From Deltaproteobacteria bacterium (GTDB lineage Bacteria > Bdellovibrionota > UBA1018 > UBA923): DNA of 39,179 nucleotides. The notes beneath the pieces were generated by a model that saw only the letters and a list, made by a program, of their open reading frames with translations, had not been told where the DNA came from and searched no databases. Positions 14,901-19,230 of this stretch are shown one piece after another. Position numbers and translations under genes: made by a program. Numbering within the stretch: the first letter of the stretch is position 1; each line of letters opens with the position of its first letter. Location of the stretch: positions 1-39,179 of the forward strand of contig JACQAX010000029.1 in the NCBI GenBank assembly GCA_016194795.1, in the 5' to 3' direction.

Positions 14901-15246
14901 GGAAGCAGTAGGAATTGGGACTTTCATCGCGGTTGGCGCTCTCGTAGGCGCCGTATCGGGAGCGCTTTCTGCGTGGATTACAGGGCAGAAACTTCCTGGC
15001 ATCTTGTTAGGCGCAGGGCTGGGTGCTTTGGCTGGGGCAATTGGCGCAGTGATTGGTCACCCGGAAAGTGGCCTTACGGTCGTTCAGAAAGTAATCGGGA
15101 ACGCCGCTGTCGGCGCCCTGCTCTCACCGCCCGATATCCTCCCGGAAAAGGAGCAGGAGGATCTCGATCGTTGTTTTCTGCCTGGACCAGCTCCCATGCA
15201 GGATCCAAATGACCATTTAGATTTCCCCGCTGCATCATACCTGTAA
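2860..15246 (+). CDS. giant secreted RHS/YD-repeat polymorphic toxin (Ig-like repeat stalk, Cys-rich insert, CarboxypepD_reg-like, NHL, YD shell, RHS core, Gly-zipper C-terminal toxin domain)
   Basis: Single uninterrupted ORF 2851..15246 (4131 codons in the track, which starts at GTG 2851). GGAGG at 2846-2850 lies 9 nt before ATG 2860, so 2860 is the preferred start. Domain motifs read directly from the translation are listed in the sub-features below. Confidence 0.95.
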   Translation: MMQNRLNLFKALLRVVVPGAIVFLAATAAEAFAKDRFNIQISPSIANGVIEGQSETFTLKEVLARGPSPKNEDDDSDDSDDDRPPKGPRWLAEYVWNGTVVGTQGPQSLAVGQGFDFTYSTARLHPASAGTSNTFVVNVYKVHGKKDKRSLKQTSSYTVAVQQDQVKPVFACSSFPLSNPYVQSAPQIQCTLSDSLGYLDTMGAGSILLDGVDATSRFQITPSGTGVWVSTYLITGNLNPVPEGAHVLTLARGADLAGNQAAPISFGFTIDRTAPLLTFVGGTHDHVLTNQRSFAVNVAVNDASPTITTILLNGASVSTSLSAFPSATVTLAEGANVVEVQSVDKAGNAAAPLRLTDLVLDTQAPSLASLAPTSNSAVTGPTFTVSGTASEPLSSAMLGTFALTLSPDKKSFSGQVTVPGSGPFQASLALVDLAGNSSSSSVAYNVVVPPPFAISVDSPKNGSTSGTRSIAISGSGNRPLAGATVNGLPLSIAGNSFSGTFNAPSDGPLSLAIVASSSDGATANANLSIQVVSASPLALTNLSPADGATVQGPTFPVSGQANRRLASITLNGQPLTIAPDGVSFSGSFTVSTGSTGSTGTDSCPVNYSCGPYAGGPVSTGCQVLNGITLACPNNPSCDPISGKCSNASTGTCDPSVQTCGPTSLANCTVNANFYVCPIGNPGVPSNPSLLPLTCTMQGAYVYCAISGGPVAPYPGPGTTLADCSFAPNSVLCTLDASSGSASGSASGSGTPTPIVLTWSAVDVNGGSINVVTHANVLPAAGGPTFDIAVDSPQPNATLTSLTIPVSGHATAPIGTINLNGQSLQLSADKMSFSGTYTAPGFGPLTLSFSATALVGGAGAGVAVPVTISNGGGPGGLAIFVTAPQQGAIVNSGPLTVSGHTNNPVTKVFANGAPMQLDGTGMSFTGSINVPPTSGPFNIQLQATDGVNQAFASITVQVGSGGTGGPPLSLAILSPSSGQQISGLAVTINGQANTVLSSIAVNGQSLTIGADGTSFSGTYTAQAQGNLALNFQGQATNGSSAQTSVSVTVGTGIALIVSAPTGGVISTQTFPVSGTTNAPISSITVNGQPIPIGADRVSFSGTYTAASNGPLSLDFEALLTNGVSASKTVSVTVGPPVVLTITSPTPNQAFSSFNVPVSGRSSVPLSIITANGLPLTLGPDQMSFSGTYVAGAPGSQGILVSAISVDGIKGSETIPIVINGSVTPSLAIKITDPTPGTIIRPGTTFTLGGTTTAPVVSVTANGQPLTISADQQSFSGQLTAPLTAGGFQITVVARDSSGRTATTLANLQVTQLTIAFAGPNGGLSDGLVLSPGPLAIQGSSNFPLSQATVNGQPLSVGVNNVATAFAGTINVPSSPITFPLNFSFTDTFGDTLTQTLTVYAVSTPGPTQDLPLLSPAASTSHSVQSFLVAGRTNVGVTALLVDGQPLSVARDGQSFHGLYTTFAPNGAFTATFELILGSNASIRVPVSYTMSGLGIALTGLTPPPGASFLPQSFTLSGQTNQDAKTVQGDAYALAVSISEYLSLVGPAPESLLQPLVYRRAFSGSYTAQSGQITTNIRLTDSDGTIVTVPINYFVGTGPLKASGVSFASLYDITPTNGSAVASGPVIIQGKSTVSLASISVNGMPLSLVGHQGFSGGITLTSTVDAGTSVFAPTGDPAAQVLVFHATTSSGDSFDQSVTLEVQNAPPLAFANLLPNDQTPIEDLGSQPISGSANIPLARLSGTVANGAGTGDLPLFLSPDGLFFTGSFDQNSGADANVSLSFAATDMFGRNLQRSVTVPLDKTPPVLALQQPAPGAYLNSLTNTIAGSSDRPLASVLVNGTVFPTLEQRAFSLSYASASDGPVLVGATSVTGGVRPPSLAFTVDTTPPVLATVTPGDGASFDAVFRTFLITGRFDENVVSATVNGLACSIGDDALSFNANATALTDGPLDLHFVFTDRAGNVAQTDVNVVVTQSALNGNLVSVQPVPGSTNLRIVGAPGAAKAGNTVNASSGIFTSGSAVAADDGSFVIALPLFAQAAVWTVNQVSGRNDSTTVYFGAGAGTRLSGTVKDTSGNPLAGVTVSLAGRNVQALTDSNGVFNFVDPATGNQTLVVDGGTVPQPSTGPNRVFSKTSVAINVGLAQATVISRPIFLAPIVMDGSQTPVSATSGTTVTSPAAPDVSLTIPAGAATFPNGATSGVVSMSTISSQFSTIEPMKFAAPNNVIALEPSGTKFSEDVRLTVPNDNQLPEGTDVVILSMNSTKGIWEIGGAGTVDSGGRTITTKPNMGIRHFSVVYATPIGPKIGQIGAQDRPGADTFNGALTTGITLPSYKSLGQSIAPSLVYKSSWARPTAMFTNMIDVPRSDITLDFTQVLASQEHAYNVTDHETAHGWIEPDFITAQFLTTGLTSDVATMTGLPNQATVSYALELAPPAGSTPVPAAGGYLASDSYPYLSHWELHLKQMVLRTREVVLWRADTGAQSIIRQDSWGETRQLEKVFPSDFQGLLYVQNQTQSSAGRGWRVGGMQRIVNTSNVRAMVEEADGSLTGYSQNNTITTLFNADGTGVDLNSGTDFTAYPYATVETGVTVAQTDLTAGTNAISSIATLARRFSARVLGWACFDSTFNGNVLCWSGGHSFDVDRTLSHMLRLPDGRVFAVDSRGSQVLLINTDGTQTIFAGTDRLPHTYYSTPSSLWDNSTNVTHTSCANAVQVPWVNWSGQQFVVPPTSNTVAADTFTDADNLADLRQKIDLGTFTLDNLSGAQSRPDGSYPDSGFQVGPSNTDSMGAYRQCSSGVLPDRGFSGDGGAPSLARLNNPLSVAPGLGTSILIVDTGNNRVRQADLVNNVITTIAGNGTSFDNGDGGQALQAGLFHPRAAAYDVQGNLYISTENGYIRKVDQAGVISTFAGLPQSLGGTFGEGLPATQIILQRPTGLAVDNVNGYLYVADTGSDVIRRIDFLTQRAVTVAGNFTPGYSGDNGAALNASLSSPLWIGLDPNQNLLIADTGNQRIRKVTFQTPGAGGQVVYAPNAPTDHSTLARNGDGSWVRTYRNGTTVLFDVKGHQIGSQDRVGRATAYQYDSDGNMTAFTDPVGRTTTYSYSGGLLGSITDPAGRTTQFTYANGLLTSVVFPDGTQRQYGYDGKALLNAETDERGFTTHYVYNDFNRLTAVTKADGSTVTVNDSASATAMNSFAVGPSGGTLKTFGVDSGQIYDGIRDARSFETKFLKDTSGYITTIVDANGQTTTVDRNAKGQPTLITRPDGTTVSFTYDPATDDLIAQSDSALNVSTSQTYDAFGNILTQTDGRGFTSATTYDPATGLVLSKSDPLGHGPSYQYNQLGLPTIMSNALGKSTTTRYDAFGNVSSITDPLNHTTSYVRDLAGYTISMTNAKNQTTQYQHDSFNRLSSVTNPKNETTSYIYLASGQLSQISDPLGGVTSFQYDVLGRLSSKTDPLGMTTSRGYDANDNVVQENDPNSNVKTYVYDNLNRLIQKTLPDNVITMSYDIRGNMLQAANQQGAIGFGYDVGGRLTSTTTSGSGLPTATLAFQYDANGNRLSMTDPVGVTSYSYDQASRLTSLTNPKNENFMFGFDAANRPTLIIRPGSSTALAFDDANFLTSIVHSNSSGTLASYGYVMDAIGNRTAVTTQAGTQNFDYDNNSQLTSASNPEAAALNANETFTYDSVANRKSDQNGAYNYDGKNQRLTEDYGYTYTYDNNGNLIAKSQKGLNGGTTNFYYSSENQLLSFKVYDPTFSSSQPIKEVTYSYDAIGRRVSKQVVDHSAETDVTKTFGRRYVYDGQEILLEYDAGNNLLARYTHSGLQSDDVLTVDVRSAGVSVGLAQNTQTYTYLKDAQGSVRDVVDTSGNKIQHYIYTAFGVLLGIQDANAADVTTSPPVRTSYTFTGRELDSESGNYHYRARVYDPRTGRFIQKDPSPGVLKLPITSSNTYIYSANSPTNFKDPSGRNFIGSAIGNISHALLETIAGPLGGVFGAAGWHAFQGGTIWKDFLAAAAVTLIGIAIAAALPAEAVGIGTFIAVGALVGAVSGALSAWITGQKLPGILLGAGLGALAGAIGAVIGHPESGLTVVQKVIGNAAVGALLSPPDILPEKEQEDLDRCFLPGPAPMQDPNDHLDFPAASYL
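3664..8950 (+). repeat. protein-level tandem array of about 16 Ig-like (bacterial Ig/cadherin-like) modules
   Basis: A ~90-100 aa unit recurs, ending in NG(Q/L)PL(T/S)I..D..SFSG(T/S)(Y/F)TA. Examples: KMSFSGTYTA, GTSFSGTYTA, RVSFSGTYTA, QMSFSGTYVA, QQSFSGQLTA, GVSFSGSFTV. Module boundaries look like DRTAPLLTF, DTQAPSLASL, DKTPPVLAL and DTTPPVLATV. The DNA copies are diverged, so this is not a nucleotide tandem repeat. Boundaries are approximate. Confidence 0.75.
4665..5055 (+). other. Cys-rich insert within the Ig array, followed by an SGSASGSASGSG linker
   Basis: 14 Cys in about 130 aa (SCPVNYSCGPY...GCQVLNGITLACPNNPSCDPISGKCSNASTGTCDPSVQTCGP...CTLD). The rest of the 4,100-aa protein contains only a handful of Cys. 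Confidence 0.8.
9034..9200 (+). other. carboxypeptidase-regulatory-like (transthyretin-like fold) domain
   Basis: RLSGTVKDTSGNPLAGVTVSLAGRNVQALTDSNGVFNFVDPATGNQTLVVDGG fits the CarboxypepD_reg pattern G.V.D..G.P..G..V.......TD..G.F. Confidence 0.75.
11268..11883 (+). repeat. NHL-type beta-propeller blades (at least 4 visible)
   Basis: Blade-like repeats: LNNPLSVAPGLGTSILIVDTGNNRVRQADL; LFHPRAAAYDVQGNLYISTENGYIRKVD; LQRPTGLAVDNVNGYLYVADTGSDVIRRIDF; LSSPLWIGLDPNQNLLIADTGNQRIRKVTF. Confidence 0.75.
12061..14100 (+). repeat. YD/RHS repeat shell (more than 25 YD motifs)
   Basis: Repeated xYxYDxxGNxxxxxD units, e.g. YQYDSDGNMTAFTD, QTYDAFGNILTQTD, TRYDAFGNVSSITD, FQYDVLGRLSSKTD, FQYDANGNRLSMTD, YSYDQASRLTSLTN. 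Confidence 0.9.
14107..14715 (+). other. RHS repeat-associated core ending in a cleavage-type motif
   Basis: RYVYDGQEILLEY...YTYLKDAQGSVRDVVD...YTFTGRELDSESGNYHYRARVYDPRTGRFIQKDP...YIYSANSPTNFKDPSGR. This matches the canonical RHS core end (YHYRARYYDPxxGRFxxxDP ... PxxxxDPxG(L)). The DPSGR motif is at 14701..14715. Confidence 0.85.
14716..15243 (+). other. variable C-terminal toxin domain: Gly/Ala-zipper hydrophobic, predicted membrane-inserting
   Basis: 176 aa follow DPSGR. They contain GPLGGVFGAAGW, LIGIAIAAALPAEAVGIGTFIAVGALVGAVSGALSAWITG, GILLGAGLGALAGAIGAVIG and VIGNAAVGALL, which are stacked GxxxG/AxxxG zippers, followed by an acidic/Pro tail. I saw no nuclease, deaminase or ADP-ribosyltransferase catalytic motif. 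Confidence 0.6.
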
Positions 15247-15268
15247 GATTTGATAGGATTGAGTTCAT

Positions 15269-15844
15269 ATGGAGATTCGAGACTTCAAAGTCGGCTTCGC
15301 GCGGGTCGTGTCATTACGAGGAAGTCTCGCCTATGTTGGTATCGTGTGGCTTAAGATTCAGCTGCTTTTCAACGGGATAATGCTTTTCGTTTTGGTCAAC
15401 AGTTTGGCGAATGACATGATCTCTATCCGAAGCCCACGCATTCCTATAGGTTTCGCTCTTTATGTCTTGGCTTTGACGCTGATTTTTTCGCCATTTCTTT
15501 ACAGGCGGATATACAGGTACGCGTTCTATTGGTTCCGGTTTGGGGAGAACGGTCTGGATCTTTATGAGGACAAAGACTGTAAGCGTCTTTGTCAAAATAT
15601 CCCTTACGACCGAATCAATTCATTCTATCACGTTAAGCCGAATTTCATTTGGAGCGATAGTCTGCTTCCGAAATCTACCCATGCAGACTGGGAGCAGACA
15701 TTTATACGCTACGATACGGCTGGAAATTTTAGTTCTGTCGCGAGTCTGGACCTTGGTCCGAAGACCCCTGCTGACGTTTCCAGCTTGGTAGCTCAGTTTC
15801 GAAGTCGATGTCCCAAGATAGCCATTCGACCGGGTAACGGCTAG
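15269..15844 (+). CDS. candidate cognate immunity protein (small membrane protein, 2 N-terminal TM helices plus soluble tail)
   Basis: 191-aa ORF starting 22 nt after the toxin stop, same strand. It shares the low G+C of the toxin 3' end. Hydrophobic segments: LAYVGIVWLKIQLLFNGIMLFVLVNSLA and IPIGFALYVLALTLIFSPFLY. I recognise no family. Confidence 0.6.
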   Translation: MEIRDFKVGFARVVSLRGSLAYVGIVWLKIQLLFNGIMLFVLVNSLANDMISIRSPRIPIGFALYVLALTLIFSPFLYRRIYRYAFYWFRFGENGLDLYEDKDCKRLCQNIPYDRINSFYHVKPNFIWSDSLLPKSTHADWEQTFIRYDTAGNFSSVASLDLGPKTPADVSSLVAQFRSRCPKIAIRPGNG

Positions 15845-15916
15845 AGCCGCCGCTCGGGCGTTGGAGCGGGAGCAAAGACACTCAAGTTCGCCCGCGGTAT
15901 AGTTTTGATTCGGTTT

Positions 15917-18895
15917 CTATTGGAGCAGCAACTCGAGGTCTTCCCGAGTAAGCTTCTTAATGAAGTCCTGATCCTCAGACAAGATCGACTCCGCAAGCTC
16001 CCGCTTGGTCTTCTGCAGATCGAGAATCTTCTCTTCAACGGTGCCCTTGGCGATCATGCGGTAAGCGAATACTTTTTGCTGCTGGCCGATGCGATGCGCG
16101 CGGCCGATGGCCTGGGCTTCGACGGCCGGGTTCCACCACGGGTCGAGGATGAAGACGTAGTCGGCGGCGGTGAGATTGAGACCGGTGCCGCCGGCCTTCA
16201 GGCTGATGAGGAATGCCTGGCATTTCGGATCGGTCTGGAAGCGCTCGACCGGGGCTTTGCGGTCGTCGGTCTGGCCGTCGAGATACTCGTACACGATGCC
16301 GGCCTGGTCGAACTGGTCTTTGACGAGCGCGAGCAGGCTGGTGAACTGCGAGAAGACGAGAGCCTTGTGGCCTTCCTGGATGACTTCCTGCACGTGGTTC
16401 GTCAAAAGGCTCAGCTTGGCGCTCGCCTCGGCCTTCATGTCGGGGTTGATGAGGCCGGGGTGGCAGGCGGCCTGGCGCAGGCGGAGCAGCGCTTCGAGCA
16501 CGTGGATCTTGGCTTTTCCGAGACCGCCCTTGTCGATCTCGCCGGCAAGGGACGCGCGATAGTGGTCGCGAAGCGCGTTGTAGAAGGTGCGCTCCTCGGT
16601 GCTCATCTCGCAGTACAAGACCTGCTCTGATTTTTCGGGGAGCTCGGTCAGGACCTTTTCCTTCGTGCGGCGAAGGACGAAGGGGCCAAGCATGCGCTGG
16701 AGCATCTGGCGCGCATCCGAGTTCACCTCGCGCGTTTTCGGGATGTTGAGAAGGCCTGGGCTCGTGAACTCGAGGATGGAGAACAGGTCGGAGAGCGAGT
16801 TCTCGATCGGCGTGCCGGTCAGCGCGAGCTTGTGGGCGGCGTTGAGCTGCTTGACGGCCATCGACGACTGGGCCTCGGGGTTCTTGATCGCCTGCGCCTC
16901 ATCGACGATCGCCACGTCGAAGTTGACGTCGCGAAGCTTCTCGATGTCGGTGCGCAGCGTGCCGTACGTCGTGACGACGAGATCGGCTTTCGAGAGATCT
17001 TTCAAAATCTTGGAGCGTCCGGGCCCGGAGTAGGCCACGACCTTGAGCTCGGGGACGAAGCGCTCGGCTTCGTCGAGCCAGTTGAACACGAGGCTCTTGG
17101 GCGCGATGACGAGCGCGGGGCCGTCGGTCTTCTTCTCGCGGCCCTTGAGGAAGGCGAGCACCTGAATCGTCTTGCCGAGACCCATGTCGTCGGCGAGGAT
17201 GCCGCCCATCTGGAACTCTTCGACGAACTCGAGCCAGGCCAGGCCCTCTTTCTGGTAATTTCTGAGCTTGCCCTTGAAGCCCTTGGGCGCCTTGCCTTCT
17301 TTGACGCCTTCGAACTTCTGGATGCGCTCGCGAAACGACGAGAAGCCCTTGTCGGCTTTCACGTTGGCGCTGGGACCAAGCGCGGCGTTGAGCATGAGGC
17401 CCTGCGACTTGTTGAAGCGCAGCGTGCCGTCCTTGCTCTTCTCGCCGAACTGGCCGATCGAGGCGAAGCGCGAGATCCACTCCTGGGGCAGCATGCCGAG
17501 CGAGCCGTCGGCCAGGCGCACGAAACCCTGCTTGGCTTCGAGGGCGGCGAGCAGCGCGTTCTGGCCGATGGCGGCGTTGCCGAAGCTGGCCTCCATCTTG
17601 AGGTCGAACCAGTCGGTGTCGGTGCTGACGTTCATGGCGAAGTCGCTCGCGGCGAGCAGCTTCTGGTTTTCCATGTAAACCGTCCAGCCCGCGGCGGTGA
17701 GCTCGCTGGCGACGCGATGGAGCTCGGGTGACGGGAAGGTGCCCGTGCCCTGGTCGTCGCGCAGGATCTTCAACGCATCGGTCAGAGTCTTCTCTTCGAA
17801 CGCCGGGTTGCGCGAGATCACGCGCTTCTGGTCGACGTCGATGAAAGTTTCGGCCGTGTCGTTCAACGTCATCTCGTGGCCGGCGTAGTCGAAGCTCACG
17901 GTGAGCGTCATGCGCTCGCCCGAGATCCCGAGCGGCCGGAAGACGCCCTTGGGCTTCGGGTCGATGACGATCTTCTGCCAGCCCATGTCGTCGGGCCAGG
18001 TGACTTTCGGCACGGCCGGGTCGGTGAGGATGCGGCGAAGGACGAGGTCGCCCTGGTCGCGCGGCACGAGAAACTCTTCGGTGCTTCTGAGCGCCGAGGC
18101 CCACGCGACCTGGCGCGGGTCGGAGAGCTTTCCCATGCGGTCGGCGAAAAGCAGGAAGCTCGAGCGGAAAATGCAGAGCGGCTCGTTCAGGCCGCGGGTT
18201 TCGTTGTCGCGCTTGAGCAGGCCGCCCAGACGGTAATGCTCGGGGGTCGCGGCTTCGATCTTGAGCTCGAGGTCCCAGGCCTTGCCGCGATCCATGCGGA
18301 TCGGACGATCGGCGTCGTCGGGCGAGCCGTTGGGCGAGCGCGAGAGAAAAAGTTTTCCGGCGCTCGTGAGCGACGGCAGAAGATGCGTCTCGAGAATCGG
18401 GTCGACGGTGAAGCGCGAGCACATATTGCCCGAGGCGCGCCCGAAGGGGGCGAACGTCTGCGGGTCGCAGGTTCGGGCGAGCACCGAGAGCACCTCGCGG
18501 TCGCGCACGTCGGTGAAGCGCGTGAGGTCGCCGCCGTTCGGCATGCGGTTGGGCTTCAGGGGCCCAAGGCCGCCGTTCGAGAGCCGGTCGCGCGTCCAGA
18601 GGTCGAGCACGAGCTTGCTGCTCGCGATCGTCTCGGCCGCGTTGACGACGAAGAAGGCAAGCCAGGTGCCCGCGAAGGTGTTGGCCGGTCTGCCGCCGCT
18701 TACGCCCTGGATCTGGTCGAGGCGCGCGCGCCAGCTCGAGACGGCCGGCATGGTGGGTGAGCTGACCGAGCGCGCCTGGGGACTTTGTTGAGGTCCGGGC
18801 TGTCCGCCGGTGGGTGCCGCTGACGGTGAGCGCGTAGGTGTTGTCGGTGCGCACGGGGTCGGAGACTCGTCCGCCTGTGAAGAATTCTTTACCAA
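15917..18895 (-). CDS. SNF2-family (RapA/HepA-like) DNA-dependent ATPase/helicase
   Basis: LRNYQKEGLAWL, ILADDMGLGKTIQ (I), VAIVDEAQAIKNP (II), LTGTPIENSL (III), FSQFTSLL (IV), LISLKAGGTGLNLTAAD (V), DPWWNPAVEAQAIGRAHRIGQ (VI). The track start (18895) is probably not the real N-terminus; see the next feature. Confidence 0.9.
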   Translation of the reverse strand: MVKNSSQADESPTPCAPTTPTRSPSAAPTGGQPGPQQSPQARSVSSPTMPAVSSWRARLDQIQGVSGGRPANTFAGTWLAFFVVNAAETIASSKLVLDLWTRDRLSNGGLGPLKPNRMPNGGDLTRFTDVRDREVLSVLARTCDPQTFAPFGRASGNMCSRFTVDPILETHLLPSLTSAGKLFLSRSPNGSPDDADRPIRMDRGKAWDLELKIEAATPEHYRLGGLLKRDNETRGLNEPLCIFRSSFLLFADRMGKLSDPRQVAWASALRSTEEFLVPRDQGDLVLRRILTDPAVPKVTWPDDMGWQKIVIDPKPKGVFRPLGISGERMTLTVSFDYAGHEMTLNDTAETFIDVDQKRVISRNPAFEEKTLTDALKILRDDQGTGTFPSPELHRVASELTAAGWTVYMENQKLLAASDFAMNVSTDTDWFDLKMEASFGNAAIGQNALLAALEAKQGFVRLADGSLGMLPQEWISRFASIGQFGEKSKDGTLRFNKSQGLMLNAALGPSANVKADKGFSSFRERIQKFEGVKEGKAPKGFKGKLRNYQKEGLAWLEFVEEFQMGGILADDMGLGKTIQVLAFLKGREKKTDGPALVIAPKSLVFNWLDEAERFVPELKVVAYSGPGRSKILKDLSKADLVVTTYGTLRTDIEKLRDVNFDVAIVDEAQAIKNPEAQSSMAVKQLNAAHKLALTGTPIENSLSDLFSILEFTSPGLLNIPKTREVNSDARQMLQRMLGPFVLRRTKEKVLTELPEKSEQVLYCEMSTEERTFYNALRDHYRASLAGEIDKGGLGKAKIHVLEALLRLRQAACHPGLINPDMKAEASAKLSLLTNHVQEVIQEGHKALVFSQFTSLLALVKDQFDQAGIVYEYLDGQTDDRKAPVERFQTDPKCQAFLISLKAGGTGLNLTAADYVFILDPWWNPAVEAQAIGRAHRIGQQQKVFAYRMIAKGTVEEKILDLQKTKRELAESILSEDQDFIKKLTREDLELLLQ

Positions 18896-19154
18896 GATCG
18901 CGCGCGCGCCGGGGAAAGTGGCGCTCGCAGCGCGCGGCGAACGTGCTCAGGTCGCGTGGCGGGTTCTGCTGCTGCTGCTGCGCCGGCTGCGCGTGGCCGT
19001 TTCCGCCTTCGGGCGAGGGCGTGACTCCGTCTGGAGCGGGTTGCCCAGGAATTTGTGCCTGATTTTGATTTGGCGTTCCACCGGGGGGGCGGGCTCTTCG
19101 GCCACCGCGCCGGCGTCTTTTGCGCCTTGGGTTTGGATTTGCGTTTGGGTCCAT
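18813..19154 (-). other. probable true N-terminal segment of the SNF2 gene, in a different reading frame (apparent frameshift)
   Basis: The first ~114 codons of ORF 16899..19154 read MDPNANPNPRRKRRRRGG...RDLGKEFFTGGRVSDPVRTDNTYALTVSG. This resembles the N-terminal G..YF..GRV....a.V.G segment found ahead of bacterial SNF2 helicases. After about 18813 this frame becomes Arg-rich nonsense, while the 15917..18895 frame becomes protein-like. Confidence 0.5.
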
Positions 19155-19230
19155 CTGTGGCCTAAAACGGTCTTAACTGATTTGTACCGATAGTGGAACG
19201 GTTTTGTCTTTTAAGCAACCCTAGAAAAAA

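Noticed and set aside
15850-15869. Hairpin CCGCTC-gggcgttg-GAGCGG between the convergent immunity and SNF2 genes as a bidirectional terminator
   Set aside because: The stem is only 6 bp, the loop is 8 nt, and there is no flanking T/A tract. The evidence is too weak to call.
12200-15916. Low-GC segment as a discrete mobile element or genomic island
   Set aside because: I could find no integrase, transposase, terminal inverted or direct repeats, or tRNA target. The 5' boundary lies inside a coding sequence, which fits homologous-recombination module exchange better than an autonomous element.
16899-18740. Downstream ~600 codons of the 751-aa ORF 16899..19154 (-), and the plus-strand ORFs 15905..16630, 16832..17731 and 17876..18760
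   Set aside because: These are off-frame or antisense to the SNF2 helicase core and are Arg/Pro/Gly-rich. Only the first ~114 codons of the 19154 frame look protein-like; they are reported separately.
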